A stretch of DNA of 64,000 nucleotides from the human T2T-CHM13v2.0 reference genome, Homo sapiens: NCBI RefSeq assembly GCF_009914755.1, contig NC_060925.1. One strand, written 5' to 3'. Below the pieces are notes generated by a model, which did no database searches, was not told where the DNA came from, and saw only the letters and a program-made list of their open reading frames with translations. The position numbers were made by a program, and so were the translations under genes. Shown here in pieces: positions 27,501-42,700 of this stretch; the stretch's first letter is position 1, and each line of letters starts with the position of its first letter.

Positions 27501-30500
27501 CGATTGCATTCGATAATTCCATTCGATTCCATTTGAGGATAATTCCATTTGAGTCCATTCGATGATTGTTCCATTCGATTCTATTCGGTGATTCCATTCG
27601 ATTCCATTTGATAATGATTCCATTCGAGACCATTCGATGATTCCATTCAATTCCATTCCATAATGATTCCATTCGAGTCCATTCAATGATTCCATTCAAG
27701 TCCATTCGATGATTCCATCTGATTCCATTCAATGAATCCATTCGATTCCATTCTATGATGATTCCATTCATTTCCATCTGATGATGATTCCATTCGATTC
27801 CATTCAATGATTCCATTCGATTCCATTTGATGATGATTTCAATCAATTTCATTCGATGATTCCATTCGAATCCATTCGATGATGATTCCATCCATTTCAA
27901 TTTCATGATAATTCCATTCGTTTCAATTCGATGGAGTTTCCATTCGATTCCATTCGATGTTGATTCCATTAGTTTCCATTGGATGATGATTCCATTCGAG
28001 TCCATTCGATGATGATCACAATGGATTTCATTCCATAATTGTATTCGATTCCATTTGATGATGATTCCATCTGATTCCATTTGATGATTCCATTCGTTTC
28101 CATCCGATGGTGATTCCATTCGATTCCGTTCAATGTTTATTCCATTCGAGTCCATTCTATGATTCCATTCGATTCCATTCGATGATGATTGCATTCGAGA
28201 CCATGGATTCTTCCATTCCATTCCATTAGATGATTCCATTCGAGTCCATTCGATGATTCTCTTCGATTCCATTCGATAATTCCGTTTGATTCTGTTTGAT
28301 GATGATTCCATTCGAGTCCATTCAATGATAATTCCATTCGATTCTATGCGATGATTCCATTCCTTTCCATTTGGAGGTGGTTCCTTCGAGACCATTTGTT
28401 GATTGCATTCAATTCATTCGATGACGATTTCATTGAATTCCGTTCAATGATTCCATTAGATTCCATTTGATGATGATTCCATTCGATTCCATTTGATGAT
28501 GATTCCATGTGATTCCATTAGATGATGACTCCTTTCATTTCCATTCAATGAGGATTCCAATCGGTTCCATTTGATGATGATTCCTTTGAATTCCATTTGA
28601 TGACAATTCCATTCAATACCAATTGATGATGTTTATTTTTGATTCCATTTGATGATGATTATATTCGATTCCATTTGATCATGATTCCATTCGATTCCAC
28701 TCGATGATTCCATTCGATTCCGTTCAATGATTATTCCATTTGGGTTGATTCGATGACACCATTCGATTGTATTCGATGGTGATTGAATTCGAGTCCATAG
28801 ATTAATCCATTGCATTCCATTCGATGATTCCATTCGAGTCCATTCGATGATTCTATTCGATTGCATTCGATAATTCCATTCGATTGCATTCGATAAATCC
28901 ATTTGATTCCATTTGAGGATAATTCCATTTGAGTCCATTCGATGATTGTTCCATTCGATTCTATTCGGTGATTCCATTCGACTTCATTTGATAATGATTC
29001 CATTCGAGACCATTCGATGATTCTATTCAATTCCATTCAATAATGATTCCATTCGAGTCCATTCAACGATTCCATTCAAGTCCATTCGATGATTCCATCT
29101 GATTCCATTCAATGAATCCATGCGATTCCATTCTATGATGATTCCATTCATTTCCATCTGATGATGATTCCATTCGATTCCATTCAATGATTCCTTTCGA
29201 TTCCATTTGATGATGATTTCAATCAATTTCATTCGATGATTCCATTCGAATCCATTCGATGATGAGTCCATCCATTTCAATTTCATGATAATTCCATTCG
29301 TTTCAATTCGATGGTGTTTCCATTCGATTCCATTCGATGTTGATTCCATTAGTTTCCATTGGATGATGATTCCATTCGAGTCCATTCAATGATGATCACA
29401 TTGGATTTCATTCCATAATTCTATTCGATTTCATTTGATGATGATTCCATCTGATTCCATTTGATGATCCCATTCGATTCCATTCGATGATGATTCCATT
29501 CGTTTCCATCCGATGATGATTCCATTCGATTCCGTTCAATGATTATTCCATTCGAGTCCATTCGATGATTCCATTCGATTCCATTCGATGATGATTGCAT
29601 TCGAGTCCATGAATTCTTCCATTCCATTCCATTAGATGATTCCATTCGAGTCCGTTCGATGATTCTCTTCGATTCCATTCGATAATTCCGTTTGATTCCG
29701 TTTGATGTTGATTCCATTCGAGTCCATTCGATGATAATTCCATTCGATTCTATGCGATGATTCCATTCCATTCCATTTGGAGATGGTTCCATTCGAGACC
29801 ATTCGTTGATTGCATTCAATTCATTCGATGACGATTCCATTCAATTCCGTTCAATGATTCCATTAGATTCCATTTGATGATGATTCCATTCGATTCCATT
29901 TGATGATGATTCCATGCGATTCCATTAGAGGATGACTCCTTTCATTTCCATTCAATGAGGATTCCATTCGGTTCCATTTGATGATGATTCCTTTGAATTC
30001 CGTTTGATGACAATTCCATTCAATACCAATTGATGATGGTTATTTTGATTCCATTTGATGATGATTACTTTCGATTCCATTTGATCATGGTTCCATTCGA
30101 TTCCACTCGATGATTCCATTCAATGATGATTCCATTCGAGTTCATTGACTATTCCATTCCATTTCAATCGATGATTCCTTTCAAGTCCATTCGATGATTC
30201 TGTTCGATTGCATTCGATTATTCCATTCGATTGCATTCGATAATTCCATTCGATTCCATTTGAGGATAATTCCATTTGAGTCCATTCGATGATTGTTCCA
30301 TTCGATTCTATTCGGTGATTCCATTCGATTCCATTTGATAATGATTCCATTCGAGACCATTCGATGATTCCATTCAATTCCATTCCATAATGATTCCATT
30401 CGAGTCCATTCAATGATTCCATTCAAGTCCATTCGATGATTCCATCTGATTCCATTCAATGAATCCATTCGATTCCATTCTATGATGATTCCATTCATTT

Positions 30501-33500
30501 CCATCTGATGATGATTCCATTCGATTCCATTCAATGATTCCATTCGATTCCATTTGATGATGATTTCAATCAATTTCATTCGATGATTCCATTCGAATCC
30601 ATTCGATGATGATTCCATCCATTTCAATTTCATGATAATTCCATTCGTTTCAATTCGATGGAGTTTCCATTCGATTCCATTCGATGTTGATTCCATTAGT
30701 TTCCATTGGATGATGATTCCATTCGAGTCCATTCGATGATGATCACAATGGATTTCATTCCATAATTGTATTCGATTCCATTTGATGATGATTCCATCTG
30801 ATTCCATTTGATGATTCCATTCGTTTCCATCCGATGGTGATTCCATTCGATTCCGTTCAATGTTTATTCCATTCGAGTCCATTCTATGATTCCATTCGAT
30901 TCCATTCGATGATGATTGCATTCGAGACCATGGATTCTTCCATTCCATTCCATTAGATGATTCCATTCGAGTCCATTCGATGATTCTCTTCGATTCCATT
31001 CGATAATTCCGTTTGATTCTGTTTGATGTTGATTCCATTCGAGTCCATTCAATGATAATTCCATTCGATTCTATGCGATGATTCCAATCCTTTCCATTTG
31101 GAGGTGGTTCCTTCGAGACCATTTGTTGATTGCATTCAATTCATTCGATGACGATTTCATTGAATTCCGTTCAATGATTCCATTAGATTCCATTTGATGA
31201 TGATTCCATTCGATTCCATTTGATGATGATTCCATGTGATTCCATTAGATGATGACTCCTTTCATTTCCATTCAATGAGGATTCCAATCGGTTCCATTTG
31301 ATGATGATTCCTTTGAATTCCATTTGATGACAATTCCATTCAATACCAATTGATGATGTTTATTTTTGATTCCATTTGATGATGATTATATTCGATTCCA
31401 TTTGATCATGATTCCATTCGATTCCACTCGATGATTCCATTCGATTCCATTCAATGATTATTCCATTTGAGTTGATTCGATGACACCATTCGATTGTATT
31501 CGATGGTGATTGAATTCGAGTCCATGGATTAATCCATTGCATTCCATTCGATGATTCCATTCGAGTCCATTCGATGATTCTATTCGATTGCATTCGATAA
31601 TTCCATTCGATTGCATTCGATAAATCCATTTGATTCCATTTGAGGATAATTCCATTTGAGTCCATTCGATGATTGTTCCATTCGATTCTATTCGGTGATT
31701 CCATTCGACTTCATTTGATAATGATTCCATTCGAGACCATTCGATGATTCTATTCAATTCCATTCAATAATGATTCCATTCGAGTCCATTCAACGATTCC
31801 ATTCAAGTCCATTCGATGATTCCATCTGATTCCATTCAATGAATCCATGCGATTCCATTCTATGATGATTCCATTCATTTCCATCTGATGATGATTCCAT
31901 TCGATTCCATTCAATGATTCCTTTCGATTCCATTTGATGATGATTTCAATCAATTTCATTCGATGATTCCATTCGAATCCATTCGATGATGAGTCCATCC
32001 ATTTCAATTTCATGATAATTCCATTCGTTTCAATTCGATGGTGTTTCCATTCGATTCCATTCGATGTTGATTCCATTAGTTTCCATTGGATGATGATTCC
32101 ATTCGAGTCCATTCAATGATGATCACATTGGATTTCATTCCATAATTCTATTCGATTTCATTTGATGATGATTCCATCTGATTCCATTTGATGATCCCAT
32201 TCGATTCCATTCGATGATGATTCCATTCGTTTCCATCCGATGATGATTCCATTCGATTCCGTTCAATGATTATTCCATTCGAGTCCATTCGATGATTCCA
32301 TTCGATTCCATTCGATGATGATTGCATTCGAGTCCATGAATTCTTCCATTCCATTCCATTAGATGATTCCATTCGAGTCCGTTCGATGATTCTCTTCGAT
32401 TCCATTCGATAATTCCGTTTGATTCCGTTTGATGTTGATTCCATTCGAGTCCATTCGATGATAATTCCATTCGATTCTATGCGATGATTCCATTCCATTC
32501 CATTTGGAGATGGTTCCATTCGAGACCATTCGTTGATTGCATTCAATTCATTCGATGACGATTCCATTCAATTCCGTTCAATGATTCCATTAGATTCCAT
32601 TTGATGATGATTCCATTCGATTCCATTTGATGATGATTCCATGCGATTCCATTAGAGGATGACTCCTTTCATTTCCCTTCAATGAGGATTCCATTCGGTT
32701 CCATTTGATGATGATTCCTTTGAATTCCGTTTGATGACAATTCCATTCAATACCAATTGATGATGGTTATTTTGATTCCATTTGATGATGATTACTTTCG
32801 ATTCCATTTGATCATGATTCCATTCGATTCCACTCGATGATTCCATTCAATGATGATTCCATTCGAGTTCATTGACTATTCCATTCCATTTCAATCGATG
32901 ATTCCTTTCAAGTCCATTCGATGATTCTGTTCGATTGCATTCGATTATTCCATTCGATTGCATTCGATAATTCCATTCGATTCCATTTGAGGATAATTCC
33001 ATTTGAGTCCATTCGATGATTGTTCCATTCGATTCTATTCGGTGATTCCATTCGATTCCATTTGATAATGATTCCATTCGAGACCATTCGATGATTCCAT
33101 TCAATTCCATTCCATAATGATTCCATTCGAGTCCATTCAATGATTCCATTCAAGTCCATTCGATGATTCCATCTGATTCCATTCAATGAATCCATTCGAT
33201 TCCATTCTATGATGATTCCATTCATTTCCATCTGATGATGATTCCATTCGATTCCATTCAATGATTCCATTCGATTCCATTTGATGATGATTTCAATCAA
33301 TTTCATTCGATGATTCCATTCGAATCCATTCGATGATGATTCCATCCATTTCAATTTCATGATAATTCCATTCGTTTCAATTCGATGGAGTTTCCATTCG
33401 ATTCCATTCGATGTTGATTCCATTAGTTTCCATTGGATGATGATTCCATTCGAGTCCATTCGATGATGATCACAATGGATTTCATTCCATAATTGTATTC

Positions 33501-36500
33501 GATTCCATTTGATGATGATTCCATCTGATTCCATTTGATGATTCCATTCGTTTCCATCCGATGGTGATTCCATTCGATTCCGTTCAATGTTTATTCCATT
33601 CGAGTCCATTCTATGATTCCATTCGATTCCATTCGATGATGATTGCATTCGAGACCATGGATTCTTCCATTCCATTCCATTAGATGATTCCATTCGAGTC
33701 CATTCGATGATTCTCTTCGATTCCATTCGATAATTCCGTTTGATTCTGTTTGATGTTGATTCCATTCGAGTCCATTCAATGATAATTCCATTCGATTCTA
33801 TGCGATGATTCCATTCCTTTCCATTTGGAGGTGGTTCCTTCGAGACCATTCGTTGATTGCATTCAATTCATTCGATGACGATTTCATTGAATTCCGTTCA
33901 ATGATTCCATTAGATTCCATTTGATGATGATTCCATTCGATTCCATTAGATGATGATTCCATGTGATTCCATTAGATGATGACTCCTTTCTTTTCCATTC
34001 AATGAGGATTCCAATCGGTTCCATTTGATGATGATTCCTTTGAATTCCATTTGATGACAATTCCATTCAATACCAATTGATGATGTTTATTTTTGATTCC
34101 ATTTGATGATGATTATATTCGATTCCATTTGATCATGATTCCATTCGATTCCACTCGATGATTCCATTCGATTCCATTCAATGATTATTCCATTTGAGTT
34201 GATTCGATGACACCATTCGATTGTATTCGATGGTGATTGAATTCGAGTCCATGGATTAATCCATTGCATTCCATTCGATGATTCCATTCGAGTCCATTCG
34301 ATGATTCTATTCGATTGCATTCGATAATTCCATTCGATTGCATTCGGTAAATCAATTTGATTCCATTTGAGGATAATTCCATTTGAGTCCATTCGATGAT
34401 TGTTCCATTCGATTCTATTCGGTGATTCCATTCGACTTCATTTGATAATGATTCCATTCGAGACCATTCGATGATTCTATTCAATTCCATTCAATAATGA
34501 TTCCATTCGAGTCCATTCAACGATTCCATTCAAGTCCATTCGATGATTCCATCTGATTCCATTCAATGAATCCATGCGATTCCATTCTATGATGATTCCA
34601 TTCATTTCCATCTGATGATGATTCCATTCGATTCCATTCAATGATTCCTTTCGATTCCATTTGATGATGATTTCAATCAATTTCATTCGATGATTCCATT
34701 CGAATCCATTCGATGATGAGTCCATCCATTTCAATTTCATGATAATTCCATTCGTTTCAATTCGATGGTGTTTCCATTCGATTCCATTCGATGTTGATTC
34801 CATTAGTTTCCATTGGATTATGATTCCATTCGAGTCCATTCAATGATGATCACATTGGATTTCATTCCATAATTCTATTCGATTTCATTTGATGATGATT
34901 CCATCTGATTCCATTTGATGATCCCATTCGATTCCATTCGATGATGATTCCATTCGTTTCCATCCGATGATGATTCCATTCGATTCCGTTCAATGATTAT
35001 TCCATTCGAGTCCATTCGATGATTCCATTCGATTCCATTCGATGATGATTGCATTCGAGTCCATGAATTCTTCCATTCCATTCCATTAGATGATTCCATT
35101 CGAGTCCGTTCGATGATTCTCTTCGATTCCATTCGATAATTCCGTTTGATTCCGTTTGATGTTGATTCCATTCGAGTCCATTCGATGATAATTCCATTCG
35201 ATTCTATGCGATGATTCCATTCCATTCCATTTGGAGATGGTTCCATTCGAGACCATTCGTTGATTGCATTCAATTCATTCGATGACGATTCCATTCAATT
35301 CCGTTCAATGATTCCATTAGATTCCATTTGATGATGATTCCATTCGATTCCATTTGATGATGATTCCATGCGATTCCATTAGAGGATGACTCCTTTCATT
35401 TCCATTCAATGAGGATTCCATTCGGTTCCATTTGATGATGATTCCTTTGAATTCCGTTTGATGACAATTCCATTCAATACCAATTGATGATGGTTATTTT
35501 GATTCCATTTGATGATGATTACTTTCGATTCCATTTGATCATGATTCCATTCGATTCCACTCGATGATTCCATTCAATGATGATTCCATTCGAGTTCATT
35601 GACTATTCCATTCCATTTCAATCGATGATTCCTTTCAAGTCCATTCGATGATTCTGTTCGATTGCATTCGATTATTCCATTCGATTGCATTCGATAATTC
35701 CATTCGATTCCATTTGAGGATAATTCCATTTGAGTCCATTCGATGATTGTTCCATTCGATTCTATTCGGTGATTCCATTCGATTCCATTTGATAATGATT
35801 CCATTCGAGACCATTCGATGATTCCATTCAATTCCATTCCATAATGATTCCATTCGAGTCCATTCAATGATTCCATTCAAGTCCATTCGATGATTCCATC
35901 TGATTCCATTCAATGAATCCATTCGATTCCATTCTATGATGATTCCATTCATTTCCATCTGATGATGATTCCATTCGATTGCATTCAATGATTCCATTCG
36001 ATTCCATTTGATGATGATTTCAATCAATTTCATTCGATGATTCCATTCGAATCCATTCGATGATGATTCCATCCATTTCAATTTCATGATAATTCCATTC
36101 GTTTCAATTCGATGGAGTTTCAATTCGATTCCATTCGATGTTGATTCCATTAGTTTCCATTGGATGATGATTCCATTCGAGTCCATTCGATGATGATCAC
36201 AATGGATTTCATTCCATAATTGTATTCGATTCCATTTGATGATGATTCCATCTGATTCCATTTGATGATTCCATTCGTTTCCATCCGATGGTGATTCCAT
36301 TCGATTCCGTTCAATGTTTATTCCATTCGAGTCCATTCTATGATTCCATTCGATTCCATTCGATGATGATTGCATTCGAGACCATGGATTCTTCCATTCC
36401 ATTCCATTAGATGATTCCATTCGAGTCCATTCGATGATTCTCTTCGATTCCATTCGATAATTCCGTTTGATTCTGTTTGATGTTGATTCCATTCGAGTCC

Positions 36501-36795
36501 ATTCAATGATAATTCCATTCGATTCTATGCGATGATTCCATTCCTTTCCATTTGGAGGTGGTTCCTTCGAGACCATTCGTTGATTGCATTCAATTCATTC
36601 GATGACGATTTCATTGAATTCCGTTCAATGATTCCATTAGATTCCATTTGATGATGATTCCATTCGATTCCATTTGATGATGATTCCATGTGATTCCATT
36701 AGATGATGACTCCTTTCATTTCCATTCAATGAGGATTCCAATCGGTTCCATTTGATGATGATTCCTTTGAATTCCATTTGATGACAATTCCATTC
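24568..36795 (+). repeat. Homogeneous 2727-bp dimer run (A = 1320 bp owing to the 1-bp deletion GGTTCC-TTCG)
   Basis: A landmarks at 24568, 27295, 30022, 32749 and 35476 are spaced exactly 2727. Shared variants include GGTGGTTCCTTCGAGACC, GACGATTTCATTG, GATGACACCATT and CCATGAATTCTT. Confidence 0.92.
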
Positions 36796-39700
36796 AATAC
36801 CAATTGATGATGTTTATTTTTGATTCCATTTGATGATGATTACATTCGATTCCATTTGATCATGATTCCATTCGATTCCACTCGATGATTCCATTCGATT
36901 CCATTCAATGATTATTCCATTTGAGTTGATTCGATGACACCATTCGATTGTATTCGATGGTGATTGAATTCGAGTCCATGGATTAATCCATTGCATTCCA
37001 TTCGATGATTCCATTCGAGTCCATTCGATGATTCTATTCGATTGCATTCGATAATTCCATTCGATTGCATTCGATAAATCCATTTGATTCCATTTGAGGA
37101 TAATTCCATTTGAGTCCATTCGATGATTGTTCCATTCGATTCTATTCGGTGATTCCATTCGACTTCATTTGATAATGATTCCATTCGAGACCATTCGATG
37201 ATTCTATTCAATTCCATTCAATAATGATTCCATTCGAGTCCATTCAACGATTCCATTCAAGTCCATTCGATGATTCCATCTGATTCCATTCAATGAATCC
37301 ATGCGATTCCATTCTATGATGATTCCATTCATTTCCATCTGATGATGATTCCATTCGATTCCATTCAATGATTCCTTTCGATTCCATTTGATGATGATTT
37401 CAATCAATTTCATTCGATGATTCCATTCGAATCCATTCGATGATGAGTCCATCCATTTCAATTTCATGATAATTCCATTCGTTTCAATTCGATGGTGTTT
37501 CCATTCGATTCCATTCGATGTTGATTCCATTAGTTTCCATTGGATGATGATTCCATTCGAGTCCATTCAATGATGATCACATTGGATTTCATTCCATAAT
37601 TCTATTCGATTTCATTTGATGATGATTCCATCTGATTCCATTTGATGATCCCATTCGATTCCATTCGATGATGATTCCATTCGTTTCCATCCGATGATGA
37701 TTCCATTCGATTCCGTTCAATGATTATTCCATTCGAGTCCATTCGATGATTCCATTCGATTCCATTCGATGATGATTGCATTCGAGTCCATGAATTCTTC
37801 CATTCCATTCCATTAGATGATTCCATTCGAGTCCGTTCGATGATTCTCTTCGATTCCATTCGATAATTCCGTTTGATTCCGTTTGATGTTGATTCCATTC
37901 GAGTCCATTCGATGATAATTCCATTCGATTCTATGCGATGATTCCATTCCATTCCATTTGCAGATGGTTCCATTCGAGACCATTCGTTGATTGCATTCAA
38001 TTCATTCGATGACGATTCCATTCAATTCCGTTCAATGATTCCATTAGATTCCATTTGATGATGATTCCATTCGATTCCATTTGATGTTGATTCCATGCGA
38101 TTCCATTAGAGGATGACTCCTTTCATTTCCATTCAATGAGGATTCCATTCGGTTCCATTTGATGATGATTCCTTTGAATTCCGTTTGATGACAATTCCAT
38201 TCAATACCAATTGATGATGGTTATTTTGATTCCATTTGATGATGATTACTTTCGATTCCATTTGATCATGATTCCATTCGATTCCACTCGATGATTCCAT
38301 TCAATGATGATTCCATTCGAGTTCATTGACTATTCCATTCCATTTCAATCGATGATTCCTTTCAAGTCCATTCGATGATTCTGTTCGATTGCATTCGATT
38401 ATTCCATTCGATTGCATTTGATAATTCCATTCGATTCCATTTGAGGATAATTCCATTTGAGTCCATTCGATGATTGTTCCATTCGATTCTATTCGGTGAT
38501 TCCATTCGATTCCATTTGATAATGATTCCATTCGAGACCATTCGATGATTCCATTCAATTCCATTCAGTAATGATTCCATTCGAGTCCATTCAATGATTC
38601 CATTCAAGTCCATTCGATGATTCCATCTGATTCCATTCAATGAATCCATTCGATTCCATTCTATGATGATTCCATTCATTTCCATCTGATGATGATTCCA
38701 TTCGATTCCATTCAATGATTCCATTCGATTCCATTTGATGATGATTTCAATCAATTTCATTCGATGATTCCATTCGAATCCATTCGATGATGAGTCCATC
38801 CATTTCAATTTCATGATAATTCCATTCGTTTCAATTCGATGGAGTTTCCATTCGATTCCATTCGATGTTGATTCCATTAGTTTCCATTGGATGATGATTC
38901 CATTCGAGTCCATTCGATGATGATCACAATGGATTTCATTCCATAATTCTATTCGATTCCATTTGATGATGATTCCATCTGATTCCATTTGATGATTCCA
39001 TTCGTTTCCATCCGATGATGATTCCATTCGATTCCGTTCAATGATTATTCCATTCGAGTCCATTCTATGATTCCATTCGATTCCATTCGATGATGATTGC
39101 ATTCGAGACCATGGATTCTTCCATTCCATTTCATTAGATGATTCCATTCGAGTCCATTCGATGATTCTCTTCGATTCCATTCGATAATTCCGTTTGATTC
39201 CGTTTGATGTTGATTCCATTCGAGTCCATTCAATGATAATTCCATTCGATTCTATGCGATGATTCCATTCCTTTCCATTTGGAGGTGGTTCCATTCGAGA
39301 CCATTCGTTGATTGCATTCAATTCATTCGATGACGATTCCATTCAATTCCGTTCAATGATTCCATTAGATTCCATTTGATGATGATTCCATTCGATTCCA
39401 TTTGATGATGATTCCATGTGATTCCATTAGATGATGACTCCTTTCATTTCCATTCAATGAGGATTCCATTCGGTTCCATTTGATGATGATTCCTTTGAAT
39501 TCCATTTGATGACAATTCCATTCAATACCAATTGATGATGTTTATTTTTGATTCCATTTGATGATGATTATATTCGATTCCATTTGATCATGATTCCATT
39601 CGATTCCACTCGATGATTCCATTCGATTCCATTCAATGATTATTCCATTTGAGTCGATTCGATGACTCCATTCGATTGTATTCGATGGTGATTGAATTCG

Positions 39701-42700
39701 AGTCCATGGATTAATCCATTGCATTCCATTCGATGATTCCATTCGAGTCCATTCGATGATTCTATTCGATTGCAGTCGATAATTCCATTCGATTGCATTC
39801 GATAAATCCATTTGATTCCATTTGAGGATAATTCCATTTGAGTCCATTCGATGATTGTTCCATTCGATTCTATTCGGTGATTCCATTCGACTTCATTTGA
39901 TAATGATTCCATTCGAGACCATTCGATGATTCTATTCAATTCCATTCAGTAATGATTCCATTCGAGTCCATTCAACGATTCCATTCAAGTCCATTCGATG
40001 ATTCCATCTGATTCCATTCAATGAATCCATGCGATTCCATTCTATGATGATTCCATTCATTTCCATCTGATGATGATTCCATTCGATTCCATTCAATGAT
40101 TCCTTTCGATTCCATTTGATGATGATTTCAATCAATTTCATTCGATGATTCCATTCGAATCCATTCGATGATGAGTCCATCCATTTCAATTTCATGATAA
40201 TTCCATTCGTTTCAATTCGATGGTGTTTCCATTCGATTCCATTCGATGTTGATTCCATTAGTTTCCATTGGATGATGATTCCATTCGAGTCCATTCAATG
40301 ATGGCCACATTGGATTTCATTCCATAATTCTATTCGATTCCATTTGATGATGATTCCATCTGATTCCATTTGATGATCCCATTCGATTCCATTCGATGAT
40401 GATTCCATTCGTTTCCATCCGATGATGATTCCATTCGATTCCGTTCAATGATTATTCCATTCGAGTCCATTCGATGATTCCATTCGATTCCATTCGATGA
40501 TGATTGCATTCGAGTCCATGAATTCTTCCATGCCATTCCATTAGATGATTCCATTCGAGTCCGTTCGATGATTCTCTTCGATTCCATTCGATAATTCCGT
40601 TTGATTCCGTTTGATGTTGATTCCATTCGAGTCCATTCGATGATAATTCCATTCGATTCTATGCGATGATTCCATTCCATTCCATTTGGAGATGGTTCCA
40701 TTCGAGACCATTCGTTGATTGCATTCAATTCATTCGATGACGATTCCATTCAATTCCGTTCAATGATTCCATTAGATTCCATTTGATGATGATTCCATTC
40801 GATTCCATTTGATGATGATTCCATGCGATTCCATTAGAGGATGACTCCTTTCATTTCCATTCAATGAGGATTCCATTCGGTTCCATTTGATGATGATTCC
40901 TTTGAATTCCGTTTGATGACAATTCCATTCAATACCAATTGATGATGGTTATTTTGATTCCATTTGATGATGATTACTTTCGATTCCATTTGATCATGAT
41001 TCCATTCGATTCCACTCGATGATTCCATTCAATGATGATTCCATTCGAGTTCATTGACTATTCCATTCCATTTCAATCGATGATTCCTTTCAAGTCCATT
41101 CGATGATTCTGTTCGATTGCATTCGATTATTCCATTCGATTGCATTCGATAATTCCATTCGATTCCATTTGAGGATAATTCCATTTGAGTCCATTCGATG
41201 ATTGTTCCATTCGATTCTATTCGGTGATTCCATTCGATTCCATTTGATAATGATTCCATTCGAGACCATTCGATGATTCCATTCAATTCCATTCCATAAT
41301 GATTCCATTCGAGTCCATTCAATGATTCCATTCAAGTCCATTCGATGATTCCATCTGATTCCATTCAATGAATCCATTCGATTCCATTCTATGATGATTC
41401 CATTCATTTCCATCTGATGATGATTCCATTCGATTGCATTCAATGATTCCATTCGATTCCATTTGATGATGATTTCAATCAATTTCATTCGATGATTCCA
41501 TTCGAATCCATTCGATGATGATTCCATCCATTTCAATTTCATGATAATTCCATTCGTTTCAATTCGATGGAGTTTCAATTCGATTCCATTCGATGTTGAT
41601 TCCATTAGTTTCCATTGGATGATGATTCCATTCGAGTCCATTCGATGATGATCACAATGGATTTCATTCCATAATTGTATTCGATTCCATTTGATGATGA
41701 TTCCATCTGATTCCATTTGATGATTCCATTCGTTTCCATCCGATGGTGATTCCATTCGATTCCGTTCAATGTTTATTCCATTCGAGTCCATTCTATGATT
41801 CCATTCGATTCCATTCGATGATGATTGCATTCGAGACCATGGATTCTTCCATTCCATTCCATTAGATGATTCCATTCGAGTCCATTCGATGATTCTCTTC
41901 GATTCCATTCGATAATTCCGTTTGATTCTGTTTGATGTTGATTCCATTCGAGTCCATTCAATGATAATTCCATTCGATTCTATGCGATGATTCCATTCCT
42001 TTCCATTTGGAGGTGGTTCCTTCGAGACCATTCGTTGATTGCATTCAATTCATTCGATGACGATTTCATTGAATTCCGTTCAATGATTCCATTAGATTCC
42101 ATTTGATGATGATTCCATTCGATTCCATTTGATGATGATTCCATGTGATTCCATTAGATGATGACTCCTTTCATTTCCATTCAATGAGGATTCCAATCGG
42201 TTCCATTTGATGATGATTCCTTTGAATTCCATTTGATGACAATTCCATTCAATACCAATTGATGATGTTTATTTTTGATTCCATTTGATGATGATTACAT
42301 TCGATTCCATTTGATCATGATTCCATTCGATTCCACTCGATGATTCCATTCGATTCCATTCAATGATTATTCCATTTGAGTTGATTCGATGACACCATTC
42401 GATTGTATTCGATGGTGATTGAATTCGAGTCCATGGATTAATCCATTGCATTCCATTCGATGATTCCATTCGAGTCCATTCGATGATTCTATTCGATTGC
42501 ATTCGATAATTCCATTCGATTGCATTCGATAAATCCATTTGATTCCATTTGAGGATAATTCCATTTGAGTCCATTCGATGATTGTTCCATTCGATTCTAT
42601 TCGGTGATTCCATTCGACTTCATTTGATAATGATTCCATTCGAGACCATTCGATGATTCTATTCAATTCCATTCAATAATGATTCCATTCGAGTCCATTC

